Source of the DNA: Azolla caroliniana
Lineage: Eukaryota > Plantae > Polypodiophyta
NCBI GenBank assembly: GCA_043228905.1
Contig: JBHGNT010000003.1
Location: forward strand, 3,100,001 to 3,164,000
Reading direction: 5' to 3'
DNA: 64,000 bases
How positions within the stretch are numbered: position 1 is the first letter of the stretch; every line of letters starts with the position of its first letter. The position numbers and the translations under genes are program-made. Shown one piece after another: positions 62,648-64,000 of the stretch. The notes under the pieces were generated by a model. It was not told where the DNA came from and did no database searches. It saw only the letters and a program-made list of their open reading frames with translations.

Positions 62648-64000
62648 ATGGAACCACAAACGTTGTCGGAAGCGGCCAGGAAATGGTTCAGGCAACACGG
62701 ACTGGAGGGGTTCTTGGCCATCATGGAGGCACCGCCGCACAGAGAAGCCGACCGGGTCATCAAGGAGCTCGCCACAGAGGTCATCACCGAGGAAGCGATC
62801 CGTGCGCTAACAGGCCTTCCGGAGGGAGGTATCTTCCAGATCGATAACCCAACCTCGGAGCAACTCATCCGATATTTCGGTGAGTACTCTGTTGCCGGCA
62901 AAGGCTATCGGACGCAGGGCGGCGAAGATCCGCTATTCAGGGAGATAGCTCGAGTGCTCCATGAGTACGGTCACGTGTACCCCCGACCCCCTGTCATGCC
63001 AAAAAATCGGGCAGGGATGATCATAGCCACCTATGAAGGGATCAAGGTGGACTGGCCGGTGTTGATTGCAGACGGTTTGTGCACGGCAATCGACATGGTA
63101 CGAGGAAAGGACGGCAAGGAGGGCCGGAAGCTGTGGCACGCCGTAGCTCAGTGGATAACATTGCTCGTGCCGCCGGTCGAGACCGTCCAGCCAAAGAAGC
63201 GGCCAAGAGTATCGGAAGGAAGCAGCTCGAAGCCGGCGTCCAAACGACAGCAGCTGCTGGCGTCGAAGGCGACGAAAGGGAAGAAACGGCTCTCAGAACC
63301 GGAGGAGGTGTCACCGGTCCGACCCGTTAAGATAACCATACGGCGACCGGGACAGAAGGAACCGGAACCCTTGACGGCACAGAATCAGGCCGTTACCCAG
63401 GAAGAGGAAACGGAGGAGCCAGAAGAGCACCTCCAACGACGGTCAAGGAGTAGGACCGCCGGGACAGCGGGGGAGCGTTCGTACCCGCAAGAGGAAGAAA
63501 CGCCCCCAACTCAACCTGAGCAAACCACAAGGGAGGAACCGGAACCGGCGCGTATGGAACCGGCCTTGTCGGCTTCTATAGAAGAAGTCATTCCAACGGC
63601 TCCGGAGACGGCGAGGACCGGAACACAACAGCCGGCGAGCCCAGCCAGCACACACGGCGGCCAAGGAGTAGGACCAGTGCAGCAGCAAGGCACCAGTAGC
63701 ATGTGGCTACGGTGGGTAGGCGAGCAAATCGCCGGAGTGGTCGAGTACATAGAGGCGGAGGAGAGAGCGCACCACGAACGGTTGCTCGTCACAACCGTAG
63801 ATCTAGAGACGGCCCGGTCCAGAATCCGGAGCCTTGAACAAGACTTGGACAGGGTCACAAGGGAAATGGCTCAATTGGCTTTGACAACACAAGTCCAAGC
63901 ACCGGTGACTCCGGGCAATGTACAGAATAAAGCGGCAGATCAACCTGTACATAGCAATCAGACCCCGGAAACGGAAACCGTTCCGGAGAGAAATGCGGCA
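62648..64000 (+). CDS. Extra ORF (eORF) downstream of pol, at least 451 codons, open to the window end (absent from the ORF track)
   Basis: Hand-translated with no stop: MEPQTLSEAARKWFRQHGLEGFLAIMEAPPHREA..DPLFREIARVL..MPKNRAGMIIATYEGIKVDWPVLI..PKKRPR.. acidic/Pro linker ..LETARSRIRSLEQDLDRVTREM. Confidence 0.85.
   Translation, partial: MEPQTLSEAARKWFRQHGLEGFLAIMEAPPHREADRVIKELATEVITEEAIRALTGLPEGGIFQIDNPTSEQLIRYFGEYSVAGKGYRTQGGEDPLFREIARVLHEYGHVYPRPPVMPKNRAGMIIATYEGIKVDWPVLIADGLCTAIDMVRGKDGKEGRKLWHAVAQWITLLVPPVETVQPKKRPRVSEGSSSKPASKRQQLLASKATKGKKRLSEPEEVSPVRPVKITIRRPGQKEPEPLTAQNQAVTQEEETEEPEEHLQRRSRSRTAGTAGERSYPQEEETPPTQPEQTTREEPEPARMEPALSASIEEVIPTAPETARTGTQQPASPASTHGGQGVGPVQQQGTSSMWLRWVGEQIAGVVEYIEAEERAHHERLLVTTVDLETARSRIRSLEQDLDRVTREMAQLALTTQVQAPVTPGNVQNKAADQPVHSNQTPETETVPERNAA

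Larger units (their letters stand above)
55931..64000 (+). mobile_element. Young non-chromovirus Ty3/gypsy retrotransposon (5' LTR, PBS, gag, pol, eORF); runs off the window
   Basis: Intact domain order gag-PR-RT-RH-INT; no chromodomain or extra archaeal-type RNase H seen; long extra ORF after pol. Confidence 0.95.

Noticed and set aside
56426-63858. Numerous antisense and alternate-frame ORFs inside the young gypsy element
   Set aside because: Shadow ORFs expected in GC-rich coding sequence; no recognisable motifs.

Overview
Repeat-dense, intron-containing land-plant genomic DNA. The transposable-element spectrum suggests a seed-free plant such as a bryophyte, lycophyte or fern (inference). 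Most of the window is nested transposable elements. These are: an L1-type LINE 3' end plus a truncated copy; three related non-chromovirus Ty3/gypsy elements, each carrying a conserved extra ORF after pol (the one at 55931-64000 is young and nearly intact); another decayed Ty3/gypsy; several Ty1/copia relics; an intact hAT transposon with TIRs and an 8-bp TSD; a decayed DUF7869/Sola-like transposase; and a ~385-396 bp satellite that looks derived from retrotransposon gag. Host-type genes are the 3' exons of a sugar-phosphate/nucleotide-sugar translocator and a cluster of about 8 DUF247 (UPF0481) genes or fragments, none intact and partly in head-to-head pairs. The most unusual element is a spliced, bacterial-type beta-class N4C/N6A DNA methyltransferase relic (54948-55930), cut by a copia element on the left and the young gypsy on the right. 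All family calls come from motif recognition by eye; no database search was run.
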